A DNA stretch of 64,000 bases from an uncultured Alphaproteobacteria bacterium (GTDB taxonomy: Bacteria; Pseudomonadota; Alphaproteobacteria; Geminicoccales; Geminicoccaceae), in assembly GCA_963753315.1 (NCBI GenBank), contig CAVWCI010000015.1, positions 5,518 to 69,517 on the forward strand. The letters are read 5' to 3'. This document shows, in pieces, positions 1 to 12,287 of this stretch; the stretch's first letter is position 1; each line of letters opens with the position of its first letter. The translations under genes were made by a program, and so were the position numbers. The notes beneath the pieces were generated by a model. It saw only the letters and a list, made by a program, of their open reading frames with translations. It was not told where the DNA came from and did no database searches.

Positions 1-164
1 TGAATGACCGCGCGCACGGCGTCGACCCGCGGATGGCCGGCAAACGCCCTCAGACAGTGATGCAGGATCGGGCGCCCGGCGAGATGCCGGTACTGCTTGG
101 GCCGCGCCCCGCCGAAGCGCTCGCCGCGGCCCGAGGCCACCACCAGACTGACGCAATGCCCCAA
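1..164 (-). CDS. ispD: 2-C-methyl-D-erythritol 4-phosphate cytidylyltransferase (IspD or IspDF), N-terminal fragment running off the window
   Basis: Hand translation of the minus strand gives LVVASGRGERFGGARPKQYRHLAGRPILHHCLRAFAGHPRVDAVRAVI, the IspD nucleotide-binding N-terminus. It is not a listed ORF because it has no ATG; the TTG start at 164 is tentative. Confidence 0.6.
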   Translation of the reverse strand, partial: MGHCVSLVVASGRGERFGGARPKQYRHLAGRPILHHCLRAFAGHPRVDAVRAVI

Positions 165-389
165 GGCTCCCTCCGCATGCCGCTCGCCGGGCGCGGCAAA
201 GCTAGGCGGTCGTCGTCATCCTGCCAAGGCGCTGGCGCCGAGGTGCCCGACGGGATCGGGACCTGATCGAAGGCGCTTGCCATGGCGGAGCGCGGGCCCT
301 ATCGTCTGCCTGTCTTTTAGGCATTCCCGAGGAATGGTCAAATCATAACCACATCCAAGCGGCAACTCGGACCACGTGCGGCCCGCTTC

Positions 390-1502
390 ATGACGGAGGC
401 AGAGATGGCGCGCGATCCTGCCGCCAGCTACGCGCGAACGGTCCTCAACGCGATGCCGAGCGCCGTTCTCGCGGTCGACCGGACGCTCGCGATCGTGTTC
501 GTCAATCCGGCCGGCGAGCAGCTGTTGGGCGTCAGCCGGGCCGTGCTCGAGGCGCGGCCCCTGGCCGACCTGCTGCCGTTCGACAGCCCGCTGTTCGATC
601 TCATCCGCCGGGTCGGCGAGGGGGGCAGCGGCGTGTCGGACTATGGCATCGAGCTGCTGCTCGGCCGTGGCGAATCGCATCTGGTCGACGTGCACGTGTC
701 GCCGCTCGACGAGCAGCGCGGCGATCACCTGGTCGTGCTGCACCCCTGCTCGGTGGCGCAGCGGCTGAACCGGCAGCTGTCGCACCGCGGCGGCGCGCGC
801 GCGGTCGCCGGGCTGGGCGCGACCCTGGCGCACGAGGTCAAGAACCCGCTCTCGGGAATCCGCGGCGCGGCGCAGCTGCTGGAGGGCAGCGTCGCCGAGG
901 ACGAGCGGCCGCTGATCCGGTTGATCTGCGACGAGACGGACCGGATCTGCGCCCTGGTCGATCGCATGGAGGCGTTTGCCGACGGCACGCCGATCGAGCG
1001 CCGCCCGGTCAACATCTATGAGGTCCTGGAGCGGGTCAGGCGCGTGAGCGAGAGCGGCTTCGGCCGCCGCGTCAGGATCATCGAGCGCTACGACCCGTCG
1101 CTGCCCGAGGTCGACGGCGACCACGACCAGCTGGTCCAGGTGTTCCTCAACCTGATCAAGAACGCCGTCGAGGCGGTGCCGGCCGAGGGCGGCGAGATCC
1201 GCATCTCGACCCAGTACACGCACGGCCTGTCGATGCGGGTCGCCAACAGCCGCGAGCGCGTCGAGCTGCCGATCCTGGTCGAGGTCCAGGACAACGGCCC
1301 CGGCGTCGGCGAGGAGATGGTGCCGCACCTGTTCGAGCCGTTCGTCTCGAGCAAGCGCTCCGGCTCCGGCCTCGGCCTGTCGCTCGCCGCCAAGATCGTC
1401 GGCGACCACGGCGGCGTCATCGAGTTCCAGAACCAGGCGCGCGGAGCGCTGTTCAGGGTCCGGCTGCCCGCCTGGCGCGCGCCCGGCCGCCCGGCGACGT
1501 GA
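390..1502 (+). CDS. ntrB: nitrogen regulation sensor histidine kinase NtrB
   Basis: 370-aa ORF with a PAS-like N-terminus, H-box [17 protein letters not shown] and ATPase boxes ([14 protein letters not shown]). It lies directly upstream of a sigma54 activator. Confidence 0.9.
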   Translation: MTEAEMARDPAASYARTVLNAMPSAVLAVDRTLAIVFVNPAGEQLLGVSRAVLEARPLADLLPFDSPLFDLIRRVGEGGSGVSDYGIELLLGRGESHLVDVHVSPLDEQRGDHLVVLHPCSVAQRLNRQLSHRGGARAVAGLGATLAHEVKNPLSGIRGAAQLLEGSVAEDERPLIRLICDETDRICALVDRMEAFADGTPIERRPVNIYEVLERVRRVSESGFGRRVRIIERYDPSLPEVDGDHDQLVQVFLNLIKNAVEAVPAEGGEIRISTQYTHGLSMRVANSRERVELPILVEVQDNGPGVGEEMVPHLFEPFVSSKRSGSGLGLSLAAKIVGDHGGVIEFQNQARGALFRVRLPAWRAPGRPAT

Positions 1503-1512
1503 GAGGGAGGAC

Positions 1513-2955
1513 ATGGCGGAACCCAACATCCTGCTGGCCGACGACGATGCCGCGATCCGCACGGTGATCTCACGGGCGCTGACCCGTCAGGGCTATCGCA
1601 TCCAGGCGACCGGCACGGCCGCGACGCTGTGGCGCTGGATCGAGGACGGCACCGGCGACGTCGCCATTCTCGACGTGGTGCTGCCGGACGAGAACGCGCT
1701 CGACCTGCTGCCGCGCATCAAGCACCGCCGGCCGACCCTGCCGATCATCATGATGAGCGCCCAGAACACGCTCCTGACCGCGGTGCGCGCGACCGAGCGC
1801 GGAGCCTTCGACTACCTGCCCAAGCCCTTCGACCTCACCAACCTTCTGACCATGGTCAAGCGCGCGCTCGCGCTGCCGCGCGCCCCGGTGATCGGGCCGG
1901 CCGAGCCCGGCCGCTTCGAGGAGCAGCTGCCGATCATCGGCCGCTCGCAGCCGATGCAGGAGATTTATCGCGCGATCGCGCGCCTGATGGGTATCGACCT
2001 CACCATCATGATCAACGGCGAATTGGGCACCGGCAAGGAGCTGGTCGCGCGCGCCATGCACGACTACGGCAAGCGCCGCGGCGGTCCGTTCATCGCCGTC
2101 AACATGGCCGCGATCCCGCGCGAGCTGATCGAGAGCGAGCTGTTCGGCCACGAGAAGGGCTCGTTCACCGGCGCCAACGCGCGCAAGGTCGGCCGCTTCG
2201 AGCAGGCCGAGGGCGGGACCCTCTTCCTCGACGAGATCGGCGACATGCCGCTCGAGGCGCAGACCCGCCTTTTGCGCGTGCTGCAGTCGGGCGAGTTCAT
2301 GCCGGTCGGCGGCCGCACGCCGATCAAGGCGAACCTTAGGATCATCGCCGCCACGCATCGCGACCTGCGCCACCTGGTGAGCCAGGCGCTGTTTCGCGAG
2401 GATCTGTTCTACCGCCTCAACGTGGTGCCGCTGCGGCTGCCGCCGCTGCGCGAGCGCGCCGAGGACATCCCGCCGCTGGTGCAGCATTTCCTCGTCCGGG
2501 CGCGCACCGAGGGCCTGCCGCTCAAGACCATCGAGCCCGATGCCATGGCGCGGCTGATGAGCCATCACTGGCCGGGCAACGTGCGCGAGCTCGAGAACCT
2601 GATCCGCCGGCTGTGCGTGCTGTACGCCCAGGACACGATCGGCGCCGATGTGGTCGACGCGGAGCTGCGCGAGGGCGTGCCGGGCGGCGTCGTCGCCGCC
2701 GATGAAGGCGGCGGCCTGGGTGGCGCGGTCGCGCGCCATCTCGACCGGCTGTTCGAGCGGCCCGAGGGCGGCCTGCCGCAGGCCGGGCTGCACGGTCGGG
2801 TCGTGCGCGAGGTCGAGCGGCCGCTGATCGCCAAGGTGCTGGCCGCGACCCGCGGCAACCAGTTGCAGGCGGCCGCGGTCTTGGGCTTGAATCGCAACAC
2901 CTTACGCAAGAAGATACGCGAGCTGGACATACAGGTGATGCGCGGGCCACGATAG
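1513..2955 (+). CDS. ntrC: sigma54-dependent response regulator NtrC
   Basis: 480-aa ORF with a receiver domain (ILLADDD), AAA+ motifs GELGTGKE and [15 protein letters not shown], and a C-terminal HTH ([12 protein letters not shown]). GGGAGG RBS precedes the ATG. Confidence 0.93.
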   Translation: MAEPNILLADDDAAIRTVISRALTRQGYRIQATGTAATLWRWIEDGTGDVAILDVVLPDENALDLLPRIKHRRPTLPIIMMSAQNTLLTAVRATERGAFDYLPKPFDLTNLLTMVKRALALPRAPVIGPAEPGRFEEQLPIIGRSQPMQEIYRAIARLMGIDLTIMINGELGTGKELVARAMHDYGKRRGGPFIAVNMAAIPRELIESELFGHEKGSFTGANARKVGRFEQAEGGTLFLDEIGDMPLEAQTRLLRVLQSGEFMPVGGRTPIKANLRIIAATHRDLRHLVSQALFREDLFYRLNVVPLRLPPLRERAEDIPPLVQHFLVRARTEGLPLKTIEPDAMARLMSHHWPGNVRELENLIRRLCVLYAQDTIGADVVDAELREGVPGGVVAADEGGGLGGAVARHLDRLFERPEGGLPQAGLHGRVVREVERPLIAKVLAATRGNQLQAAAVLGLNRNTLRKKIRELDIQVMRGPR

Positions 2956-3026
2956 ATCGATCTCTGGGAATCTCGCCCCGGGCGATTCGGGCCCAGGGCG
3001 GTTCGGCCCCAGGGGATTTGGCGAGC

Positions 3027-5258
3027 ATGGCGCGTTCGTTGGCGACGATCTCCCGGCCTGGCCTCGCGCGGCTGGCCGGTTGGCTGAGGCGGCCGCATCT
3101 GGCGCGGCTGCTGGCGCTCGTGCTGACGGTCGCGGCCACCCTGTCCGGGATCGCGACCTATGTCGTGCTGTCGGGCTCGCTCGACGTCGGCGCCGACGTC
3201 GAGCTGGTCCTTGGCCTGCTCTATCTCGACCTGATCCTCCTGCTGCTGCTCGGCGCCGTGGTCGTGCGCCGCCTCGCGCATCTGGTCATGGCGCGCCGGC
3301 GCGGCTCGGCCGGCTCGAGGCTGCACGGCCGTCTGGTGGCGCTGTTCAGCGTGGTCGCGGTGGCACCCGCGATCGTGGTCGCGGTCTTCTCGGTGATGTT
3401 CCTGCACTATGGCCTCGAGGCCTGGTTCAGCGAGCGGATCAGCGGTGCCCTGAGCAACTCGATGAACGTCGCCCAGGCCTATGTCGAGGAGCACAAGGAG
3501 GTGATCCGCGCCGATGCCCTGGCGATGGCGGCCGATCTCAACCGCGACGGGCCGGCCCTGCTGCACGAGGGCGGCGGCATGTTCCAGCGGCTGCTGGACA
3601 CGCAGGCGGCGATCCGCTCGCTGACCGAGGCGATCGTGTTCCAGAGCGACGGCGACGTCATGGCGCGCACCGGCCTGAGCTTCGGGCTCGAGATGGAGCG
3701 TCTGCCGCTCTCGGCGCTCGAGAAGGCGGCGCGCGGCGAGGTGGTGGTGCTGACCGGCGACACTGAGGATCGCGTGCGGGCCCTGGTCCGGCTCGACAAC
3801 TTCATCGACGCCTATCTCTTCGTCGGCCGCTTCGTCGATGCGCGCGTGCTCACCTACATGGACCGCACCCGCGCCGCGATCGACGAGTATCGTACGCTGG
3901 AGCTGCGTCGCGCGGGCATCCAGGTCACCTTCGCCGTGATCTTCGGAGTGGTGGCGCTCCTGCTGCTGCTGGCAGCGGTCTGGGTCGGGCTGACCTTCGC
4001 CGACAGCCTGGCGACGCCGATCGCGCACCTGATCCGCGCCGCCGACCGGGTGCGGGCCGGCGATCTGACCGCGCGGGTGCCGGAGATCGAGGAGGGCATC
4101 GAGATCGACAGCCTGTCGCGCGCCTTCAACCGCATGACCGATCAGCTGGCCAGCCAGCGCGGCGAGCTGATCAACGCCAACAACCAGCTCGACCAGCGGC
4201 GCCGGTTCACCGAGGCGGTGATCGGCGGCGTGTCGTCGGGCGTGATCGGCCTCGACGCACGCGGTCGCATCACGCTCCCGAACCGCTCGGCGGCGGCGTT
4301 CATCGGCCAGGAGCCGACCAGCCTGATCGGGCGGCCGCTGATCGCCGTGATGCCGGAGCTCGGCGGCCAGCTCGCCCAGGTGTCGGCCAGCCCGGACCGG
4401 CCCGCGGAGGCGCAGATCGAGCTGATCCGCGGGGATCGCAGCCATCGCCTGCTGGCGCGCCTGGCGGCGCAGCAGGACGCCACCGGCATCGCCGGCTTCG
4501 TCGTCACGTTCGACGACCTGACCGAGCTGCTGGCGGCGCAGCGCAAGGCGGCCTGGGCCGAGATCGCGCGCCGGATCGCGCACGAGATCAAGAATCCCCT
4601 GACGCCGATCCGCCTGTCCGCCGAGCGCCTCAAGCGCCGCTACCTGCCGCAGATCGCCCACGATCCGGAATCGTTCGCCACCAGCGCCGACACGATCGTG
4701 CGCCAGGTCGACAACATCGGCCGGCTGATCAACGAGTTCTCGGCGTTCGCGCGCATGCCGGCGCCGCAGTTCGCGAACAAATCCGCCAATCAGCTGGTGC
4801 GCCAGGCGGTCCAGATGCAAGAGCATGCGAGGCCGCAAATCACATTTGCAACGCGGCTTCCGGAGCGCGACGTTCAGCTGTATTGTGACGCGGGGCAGGT
4901 TGCGCAGGCGCTCACCAATCTGCTCCAGAATGCGGTGGAGTCGATCGAGGAGCGCATGGAGAGCGAGGAGGCGGACCGGTCGCCCGGTAGCATCATCGTC
5001 GCGTTGCGCGAGACGGATCAGTTCTGCCTGATCGAGGTCCAGGACAATGGCCGTGGCCTACCATCGGAACTGCCGGACCGGCTCACCGAGCCCTACGTCA
5101 CCACCCGTGCCCGTGGCACCGGGCTCGGGCTCGCTATCGTCAAGAAAATCATGGAGGAGCATGGTGGCAGCCTTGTCCTGCGCAATCGCGCCACCGGCGG
5201 CGCGTCGGTCGAGCTGGCCTTTCCGATCGGGCAGGCAGTGAGCGGCACGGCGGCCTGA
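3027..5258 (+). CDS. ntrY: sensor histidine kinase NtrY
   Basis: ORF 3018..5258 with TM helices, HAMP, PAS, H-box HEIKNPLTPIRLSAERL and HATPase (DNGRGLP, GTGLGLAIVKKI). Start is ATG 3027 or TTG 3018. Confidence 0.9.
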   Translation: MARSLATISRPGLARLAGWLRRPHLARLLALVLTVAATLSGIATYVVLSGSLDVGADVELVLGLLYLDLILLLLLGAVVVRRLAHLVMARRRGSAGSRLHGRLVALFSVVAVAPAIVVAVFSVMFLHYGLEAWFSERISGALSNSMNVAQAYVEEHKEVIRADALAMAADLNRDGPALLHEGGGMFQRLLDTQAAIRSLTEAIVFQSDGDVMARTGLSFGLEMERLPLSALEKAARGEVVVLTGDTEDRVRALVRLDNFIDAYLFVGRFVDARVLTYMDRTRAAIDEYRTLELRRAGIQVTFAVIFGVVALLLLLAAVWVGLTFADSLATPIAHLIRAADRVRAGDLTARVPEIEEGIEIDSLSRAFNRMTDQLASQRGELINANNQLDQRRRFTEAVIGGVSSGVIGLDARGRITLPNRSAAAFIGQEPTSLIGRPLIAVMPELGGQLAQVSASPDRPAEAQIELIRGDRSHRLLARLAAQQDATGIAGFVVTFDDLTELLAAQRKAAWAEIARRIAHEIKNPLTPIRLSAERLKRRYLPQIAHDPESFATSADTIVRQVDNIGRLINEFSAFARMPAPQFANKSANQLVRQAVQMQEHARPQITFATRLPERDVQLYCDAGQVAQALTNLLQNAVESIEERMESEEADRSPGSIIVALRETDQFCLIEVQDNGRGLPSELPDRLTEPYVTTRARGTGLGLAIVKKIMEEHGGSLVLRNRATGGASVELAFPIGQAVSGTAA

Positions 5259-5297
5259 CGAGCCGCGATCAGCAAACGGTCTTTCCCGTCAGGAACG

Positions 5298-6698
5298 ATG
5301 GTCAAGTCCCGCATGAATGCCGAAATCCTCATCGTCGACGACGAGCGCGCGGTCCGTCAGGCGATCGCGGCGATCCTCGGCGACGAGGGCTACAGCGTGC
5401 GCCATGCCGCCGAGAGCCAGGCGGCGATCGCCGAGATCGAGGCACGGGCGCCGGGCGTGGTGCTCTTGGACATCTGGCTGGAGGGCTCCAAGCTCGACGG
5501 TCTGGAGGTGCTCGATCACATCAAGCAGACCCGCCCGGAGGTGCCGGTCATCGTGATCAGCGGCCACGGCACGATCGAGACCGCGGTCAAGGCGATCAAG
5601 AAGGGCGCCTACGACTTTCTCGAGAAGCCGTTCAACGCCGACCGTCTGCTGCTGCTGATCGAGCGGGCGCGCGAAGCCACCAGGCTCAAGCGCGAGAACG
5701 CCGAGCTCAAGCTCAAGCTCGGCGACGACCGCGAGCTGATCGGCAGGTCGAGCGCGATCCAGCAGGTGCGCAACGCGATCTCGCGGGTGGCGCTGACCGG
5801 CAGCCGGGTGCTGATCACCGGCGCGCCTGGGGTCGGCAAGGAGGTCGTGGCGCGGCTGATCCACGCGAGCTCGCGGCGCTCAGAGGCGCCGTTCGTGGTG
5901 ATCAACGCCGCGACCATGGCGCCCGAGCGCATGGAGGTCGAGCTGTTCGGCTGCGAGGCGGGCTTCCTCGGGCCCGAGCGGCCGCGCCAGCCCGGCACCT
6001 TCGAGCGCGCGCATGGCGGCACGCTGCTGCTGGACGAGGTCGCCGACATGCCGCTCGAGACCCAGGGCAAGATCCTGCGCGTGCTGCAGGAGCAGAGCTT
6101 CACCCGGCTGGGCGGCCAGCGGCCGATCCAGGTCGATGTGCGCGTGATCGCCGCGAGCAATCGGGACCTGCTGGCGGAGATCGCCGCGGGCCGCTTCCGC
6201 GAGGACCTCTACTATCGTCTGAACGTCGTGCCGATCCCGGTGCCGCCGCTCTCGGAGCGGCGCGCCGACATCCCGATGCTGACCGACTACTTCATGGGGC
6301 GCGCCGCCGAGGCGTCCGGCCTGCCGGTCCGCAAGCTGTCGGCCGACGCGCTCGCCCTGTTCCAGTCCGCCAGCTGGCCCGGCAATGTCCGCCAGCTGCG
6401 CAACGTGCTCGAATGGCTGCTGATCATGGCGACCGGCGATGCCCGCGCCGAGATCGGCGTCGACAGCCTGCCGCCCGAGCTGATCGAGGAGACCACCGCG
6501 AGCCTCAGCCCCAGCTCCAACGGCGAGCTGATGGTCATGCCGATCCGCGAGGCGCGCGAGCATTTCGAGCGCGCCTATCTGCAGGCGCAGCTGGAGCGCT
6601 TCAGCGGCAATATCTCGCGCACCGCCGGGTTCGTCGGCATGGAGCGCTCGGCGCTGCATCGCAAGTTGAAGTCGCTCAACATCTCCGCCGATGACTGA
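5298..6698 (+). CDS. ntrX: sigma54-type response regulator NtrX
   Basis: 466-aa ORF with a receiver domain (ILIVDDE), AAA+ (GAPGVGKE, ELFGCEAG) and a C-terminal HTH. Position is the canonical one after ntrY. Confidence 0.9.
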   Translation: MVKSRMNAEILIVDDERAVRQAIAAILGDEGYSVRHAAESQAAIAEIEARAPGVVLLDIWLEGSKLDGLEVLDHIKQTRPEVPVIVISGHGTIETAVKAIKKGAYDFLEKPFNADRLLLLIERAREATRLKRENAELKLKLGDDRELIGRSSAIQQVRNAISRVALTGSRVLITGAPGVGKEVVARLIHASSRRSEAPFVVINAATMAPERMEVELFGCEAGFLGPERPRQPGTFERAHGGTLLLDEVADMPLETQGKILRVLQEQSFTRLGGQRPIQVDVRVIAASNRDLLAEIAAGRFREDLYYRLNVVPIPVPPLSERRADIPMLTDYFMGRAAEASGLPVRKLSADALALFQSASWPGNVRQLRNVLEWLLIMATGDARAEIGVDSLPPELIEETTASLSPSSNGELMVMPIREAREHFERAYLQAQLERFSGNISRTAGFVGMERSALHRKLKSLNISADD

Positions 6699-6728
6699 GC
6701 CGAGCCCGACCAGCCGGGGTTCCGGCAC

Positions 6729-8105
6729 ATGAGGATCATCGTCTGCGGCGCCGGCCAGGTCGGCTACAACATCGCCCGCTATCTGGCCGGCGCCGGCAAC
6801 GACGTGACGGTCATCGACCAGCGCCAGGAGCTGACCCAGAAGATCGGCGAGAGCCTGGACATCCAGGCGATCACCGGCTTCGCCTCGCATCCGGAGGTGC
6901 TGGAGCAGGCCGGCGCGCGCGACGCCGAGCTCCTGATCGCGGTGACCAATGCCGACGAGGTCAACATGGTCACCTGCCAGATCGCGCATTCGCTGTTCAA
7001 CATCCCGACCAAGATCGCGCGGGTGCGCCATCAGAGCTATCTGCAGAGCCGCTGGCAGGATCTGTTCCGGCGCGAGCACATGCCGATCGACGTAATCATC
7101 TCGCCCGAGCTCGAGGTCGCGCGCGCCATCGCGCGCCGCCTGGAAGTGCCGGGGGCGACCGAGGTGACGCCGTTCGCCGAGGATCGGGTGCGGCTGATCG
7201 CCGCGCGCTGCGGTCCCGACTGCCCGATCCTCGACACGCCGCTGCGCCAGCTGACCTTCCTGTTTCCGGACCTGCACCTGATCTGCGTCGGCATCATCCG
7301 CGACGGCCACCTGTTCGTGCCGAGCGGCGACGACCACCTGATCGCGGGCGACGAGGTCTACTCGGTGGTCGAGACCAGCCATACCGCCCGGGCGATGCGC
7401 GCCTTCGGCCACGAGGAGAAGATGGCCGAGCGGATCGTGATCGCCGGCGGCGGCAATATCGGCCTGTTTCTCGCCGAGCAGCTCGAGGCGCTGCGCTCGC
7501 AGGTCACGCTCACGCTGATCGAGCTGAACGAGGCGCGCGCGCGGCACGTCGCCGATCGGCTGTCGTCCGCGGTCGTGCTGCACGGCGACATCCGCGAGCC
7601 CGAGATCCTCGAGGAGGCCAACCTCGCCGCGGCCGAGGCGATCGTCAGCGTCACCAACAACGACGAGATCAACATCATGGCGGCGCTGCTGGCCAAGCGC
7701 TACGGCTGCCATCGGGCGCTGACCCTGGTCAACAACACGGCCTATGCGCCGCTCCTGAGCTCGCTTGCGATCGACGTGGTGATCAGCCCGCGCGAGGCGA
7801 CCGTGTCGAGCGTGCTGCGCCATGTCCGGCGCGGCCGGATCAAGTCTGCCTACTCGCTGCGCGACGGCGAGGCCGAGGTGCTCGAGGCGGAAGCGCTCGA
7901 GACGTCGTCCCTGGTCGGCCAGACCCTGCGCGACGCCCGGCTGCCCACTGGCGTGCTGGTCGGCGCCATCCTGCGCGACGGCGAGATGATTACGCCGCGC
8001 GCGGACACCGTGATCCGGCCGCACGACCGGGTGATCATCGCCGCGCGCGCGTCGGCCGTGAAGAAGGTCGAGAAGCTGTTCGCCGTGCGGGTCGACTATT
8101 TCTGA
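6729..8105 (+). CDS. trkA: Trk potassium uptake protein TrkA
   Basis: 458-aa ORF with two Rossmann GxGxxG motifs (GAGQVG, GGGNIG) in duplicated TrkA-N/TrkA-C architecture. Confidence 0.9.
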   Translation: MRIIVCGAGQVGYNIARYLAGAGNDVTVIDQRQELTQKIGESLDIQAITGFASHPEVLEQAGARDAELLIAVTNADEVNMVTCQIAHSLFNIPTKIARVRHQSYLQSRWQDLFRREHMPIDVIISPELEVARAIARRLEVPGATEVTPFAEDRVRLIAARCGPDCPILDTPLRQLTFLFPDLHLICVGIIRDGHLFVPSGDDHLIAGDEVYSVVETSHTARAMRAFGHEEKMAERIVIAGGGNIGLFLAEQLEALRSQVTLTLIELNEARARHVADRLSSAVVLHGDIREPEILEEANLAAAEAIVSVTNNDEINIMAALLAKRYGCHRALTLVNNTAYAPLLSSLAIDVVISPREATVSSVLRHVRRGRIKSAYSLRDGEAEVLEAEALETSSLVGQTLRDARLPTGVLVGAILRDGEMITPRADTVIRPHDRVIIAARASAVKKVEKLFAVRVDYF

Positions 8106-8425
8106 GGCCAAGGAAATGGCGCCTTTCCACCTGCGCCGGGCCCGCTGCGACATTAAGTCCATGGGCCCGCTGCCAGACGGCGCCGCCGATCGGCAGGGTG
8201 CGGGCTGGTCGGGACGGCAAATCAATGGTTGATAGTTCCGCGCTAATGTGCTGGGCAAGGGTTGTGGTTGGTGCTTAAGCTGTCAGGCTCTGCCTGCGAT
8301 CGTGCGGCGCCGACCTCCGGTCTCCCGGACCGGGCTGGCTAGGATGCGCGGCCGAACAAGGTTAGGAGGAAGGTGGTAAGACGATCATCGTCGCCGCCGC
8401 GTAACAAGAAGAAAGGGTCAGCGTT

Positions 8426-8692
8426 ATGTCCGCCGAGAAGACACAGAATGTGCAGGACGTGTTTCTGAATCACATTCGAAAGAACAAGATCCCAGTCACG
8501 ATCTTCTTGATCAACGGCGTAAAGCTTCAGGGTGTCATCAGCTCATTCGACAACTTCTCGCTGTTGCTGCGGCGCGACGGTCACGTGCAGCTGGTCTACA
8601 AGCACGCCGTCTCGACGGTCATGCCGTCGACGGTCGTGCGTCTCTACGAGCCGAGCGCCGAGGAGGCGGCCAGCGCTCCGGCTGCCCGGTGA
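8426..8692 (+). CDS. hfq: RNA chaperone Hfq
   Basis: 88-aa ORF with the Sm fold sequence [58 protein letters not shown]. Confidence 0.97.
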   Translation: MSAEKTQNVQDVFLNHIRKNKIPVTIFLINGVKLQGVISSFDNFSLLLRRDGHVQLVYKHAVSTVMPSTVVRLYEPSAEEAASAPAAR

Positions 8693-8714
8693 TCGGCCCG
8701 GATCGGACGATCTC

Positions 8715-10073
8715 TTGCAGGACGAGGACCGGGCACGTGGCGATGCGGGCGGGCGCCGCCAGCGCGCGCTGGTGCTGCACCCGCGCCCGGGCGGGCATGG
8801 TCGGCCCGCGCGCAGCGACGAGGGGCGCCTGGCCGAAGCGGTCGGGCTGAGCCAGGCGATCGACCTCGAGGTGGTCGATGCGGCGGTCGTGCCGTTGCGC
8901 CGACCGAGCCCTGCCACCCTGATCGGGCCCGGCAGGATGCGCGCGATCGGCGAGGAGGTCGCGCTGCGGGCGATCGACCTCGTGATCGTCGACGCCGCGC
9001 TGAGCCCGGTGCAGCAGCGCAACCTCGAGCGCGCCTGGAAGTGCAAGGTGATCGACCGCACCGGGCTGATCCTGGAGATCTTCGGCGCCCGGGCGCAGAG
9101 CCGGGAAGGCAGCCTGCAGGTCGAGCTGGCGGCGCTGACCTATCAGCGCTCGCGCCTGGTCCGCTCCTGGACGCATCTCGAGCGCCAGCGCGGCGCTTTG
9201 GGGTTCATCGGCGGTCCGGGCGAATCGCAGATCGAGCTCGACCGCCGCCGCATCGACGAGCGCATCGATCGGATCAAGCGCGACCTCGAGGCCGTCAAGC
9301 GGACCCGCGGCCTGCACCGCCAGGCGCGCCGGCGCGTGCCCTATCCGGTGATAGCACTGGTCGGCTACACCAACGCCGGCAAGTCGACCCTGTTCAACCG
9401 CCTGACCGGGGCCACGGTCGGTGCCCGCGACCAGCTGTTCGCGACCCTCGATCCGACCATGCGCGAGCTCGTCCTGCCGTCCGGCCGGCACGCGATCCTC
9501 TCGGACACGGTCGGCTTCATCGCACAGTTGCCGACCAGTCTGATCGCGGCGTTCCGGGCGACGCTCGAGGAGGTGCACAGCGCCGATCTCGTGATCCATG
9601 TGCGTGACATCGCCCATCCCGAGAGCGCGGCGCAGCGCGCGGATGTGCTGGTCGTGCTGCGCGACCTCGGGCTCGAGCACCTGGTCGACGAGGGGCGCCT
9701 GGTGGAGCTGTGGAACAAGGTCGACCTGCTGTCGGCGGAGGAGGCGGCGCGCATGGCCGAGGCCGCGGCCCGCCTGCCCGAGGTCGTGCTCGGCTCGGCC
9801 CGAACCGGCCGGGGGCTGGATGGTCTGCTCGCCGAGCTCGATCGCCGCTTTGCCAGCACGGCCCGGGTGGTCGAGCTGGATCTGGCCGCCAGCGACGGCG
9901 CCGGCCTCGCCTGGCTGTATCGCCACGGCACCGTGCTGAGCCGCAGCGACCGGGACGATCGCACCCGCCTCAAGGTGGCTCTCGACCCCGCCGATCACGC
10001 GCGCCTGAGCGAGCGCTTCAGAGCCGGCGAGATCGTCGAATCGCCCGGCGGAAAATCCCACCAGCACCGTTGA
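8715..10073 (+). CDS. hflX: GTPase HflX
   Basis: The frame of ORF 8532..10073 carries GTPase motifs [17 protein letters not shown] and NKVD. The true start must lie after the hfq stop; the in-frame TTG at 8715 is tentative. Confidence 0.88.
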   Translation: MQDEDRARGDAGGRRQRALVLHPRPGGHGRPARSDEGRLAEAVGLSQAIDLEVVDAAVVPLRRPSPATLIGPGRMRAIGEEVALRAIDLVIVDAALSPVQQRNLERAWKCKVIDRTGLILEIFGARAQSREGSLQVELAALTYQRSRLVRSWTHLERQRGALGFIGGPGESQIELDRRRIDERIDRIKRDLEAVKRTRGLHRQARRRVPYPVIALVGYTNAGKSTLFNRLTGATVGARDQLFATLDPTMRELVLPSGRHAILSDTVGFIAQLPTSLIAAFRATLEEVHSADLVIHVRDIAHPESAAQRADVLVVLRDLGLEHLVDEGRLVELWNKVDLLSAEEAARMAEAAARLPEVVLGSARTGRGLDGLLAELDRRFASTARVVELDLAASDGAGLAWLYRHGTVLSRSDRDDRTRLKVALDPADHARLSERFRAGEIVESPGGKSHQHR

Positions 10074-10098
10074 CACCCTGCCGCGCGCGGCCTATATG
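10070..10098 (+). promoter_or_regulatory. sigma70-like promoter candidate for groESL
   Basis: TTGACA (10070-10075), a 16-17 nt spacer, then CTATAT/TATATG (10092-10098). It overlaps the hflX stop codon and lies just upstream of CIRCE. Confidence 0.4.
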
Positions 10099-10102
10099 CC
10101 GG

Positions 10103-10129
10103 CTGGCACTCACCTTGCGAGAGTGCTGA
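10103..10129 (+). promoter_or_regulatory. CIRCE (HrcA operator) inverted repeat
   Basis: CTGGCACTC-N9-GAGTGCTGA compared with the consensus TTAGCACTC-N9-GAGTGCTAA; 75 nt upstream of the groES ATG. Confidence 0.75.
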
Positions 10130-10203
10130 CAATCATCATGGCACGCGGCTCAGCGGGGGCGCACGCGCGCCCTTTGGCATATGTGGGACGCACGGAGGGT
10201 CGA

Positions 10204-10518
10204 ATGAAGATCAAGCCTTTGCACGATCGAGTGGTGGTCCGCCGGATCGACGAGGAAGAGCGCACGCCCGGTGGCGTGATCATCCCGGACACCGCCAAGG
10301 AGAAGCCCATGCAGGGCGAGGTCCTGGCGGTCGGTCCCGGGGCGCGGGACGAGAGCGGCAAGCGAATTCAGCCGGACGTCAAGGCGGGCGACACCATCCT
10401 GTTCGGCAAGTGGTCGGGGACCGAGGTCAAGATCGACGGCGACGAGCTGTTGATCATGAAGGAGTCCGACATCATGGGCATCATCGAGAAGTCGGGAGCC
10501 GCCAGCAAGGCGGCGTGA
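10204..10518 (+). CDS. groES: co-chaperonin GroES
   Basis: Internal ATG of ORF 10096..10518 gives [35 protein letters not shown]..., 104 aa. Confidence 0.97.
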   Translation: MKIKPLHDRVVVRRIDEEERTPGGVIIPDTAKEKPMQGEVLAVGPGARDESGKRIQPDVKAGDTILFGKWSGTEVKIDGDELLIMKESDIMGIIEKSGAASKAA

Positions 10519-10543
10519 CGGTATCGATCGGCAACGTAGTTGA

Positions 10544-12214
<1,671 letters not shown>

Positions 12215-12240
12215 CAGACCCAAGCCTGCTCTTTTGCATC

Positions 12241-12270
12241 GGGGCCGCTCCTTCGGGGGCGGCCCTTTTG
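12241..12270. terminator. GC-rich hairpin followed by a T-run, between convergent groEL and mazG
   Basis: GGGGCCGCTCCTTCGGGGGCGGCCCTTTTG: stem GGGCCGC/GCGGCCC followed by TTTT. Confidence 0.5.
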
Positions 12271-12287
12271 CTATGCGGCGTCGGGCT

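Noticed and set aside
2565-4838. 757-aa antisense ORF opposite ntrC/ntrY, and similar long antisense ORFs (for example 216..1562, 5880..8258, 10481..12511, 25066..27441)
   Set aside because: They lie opposite strongly supported genes and have the typical high-GC mirror-frame composition with no recognisable motifs.
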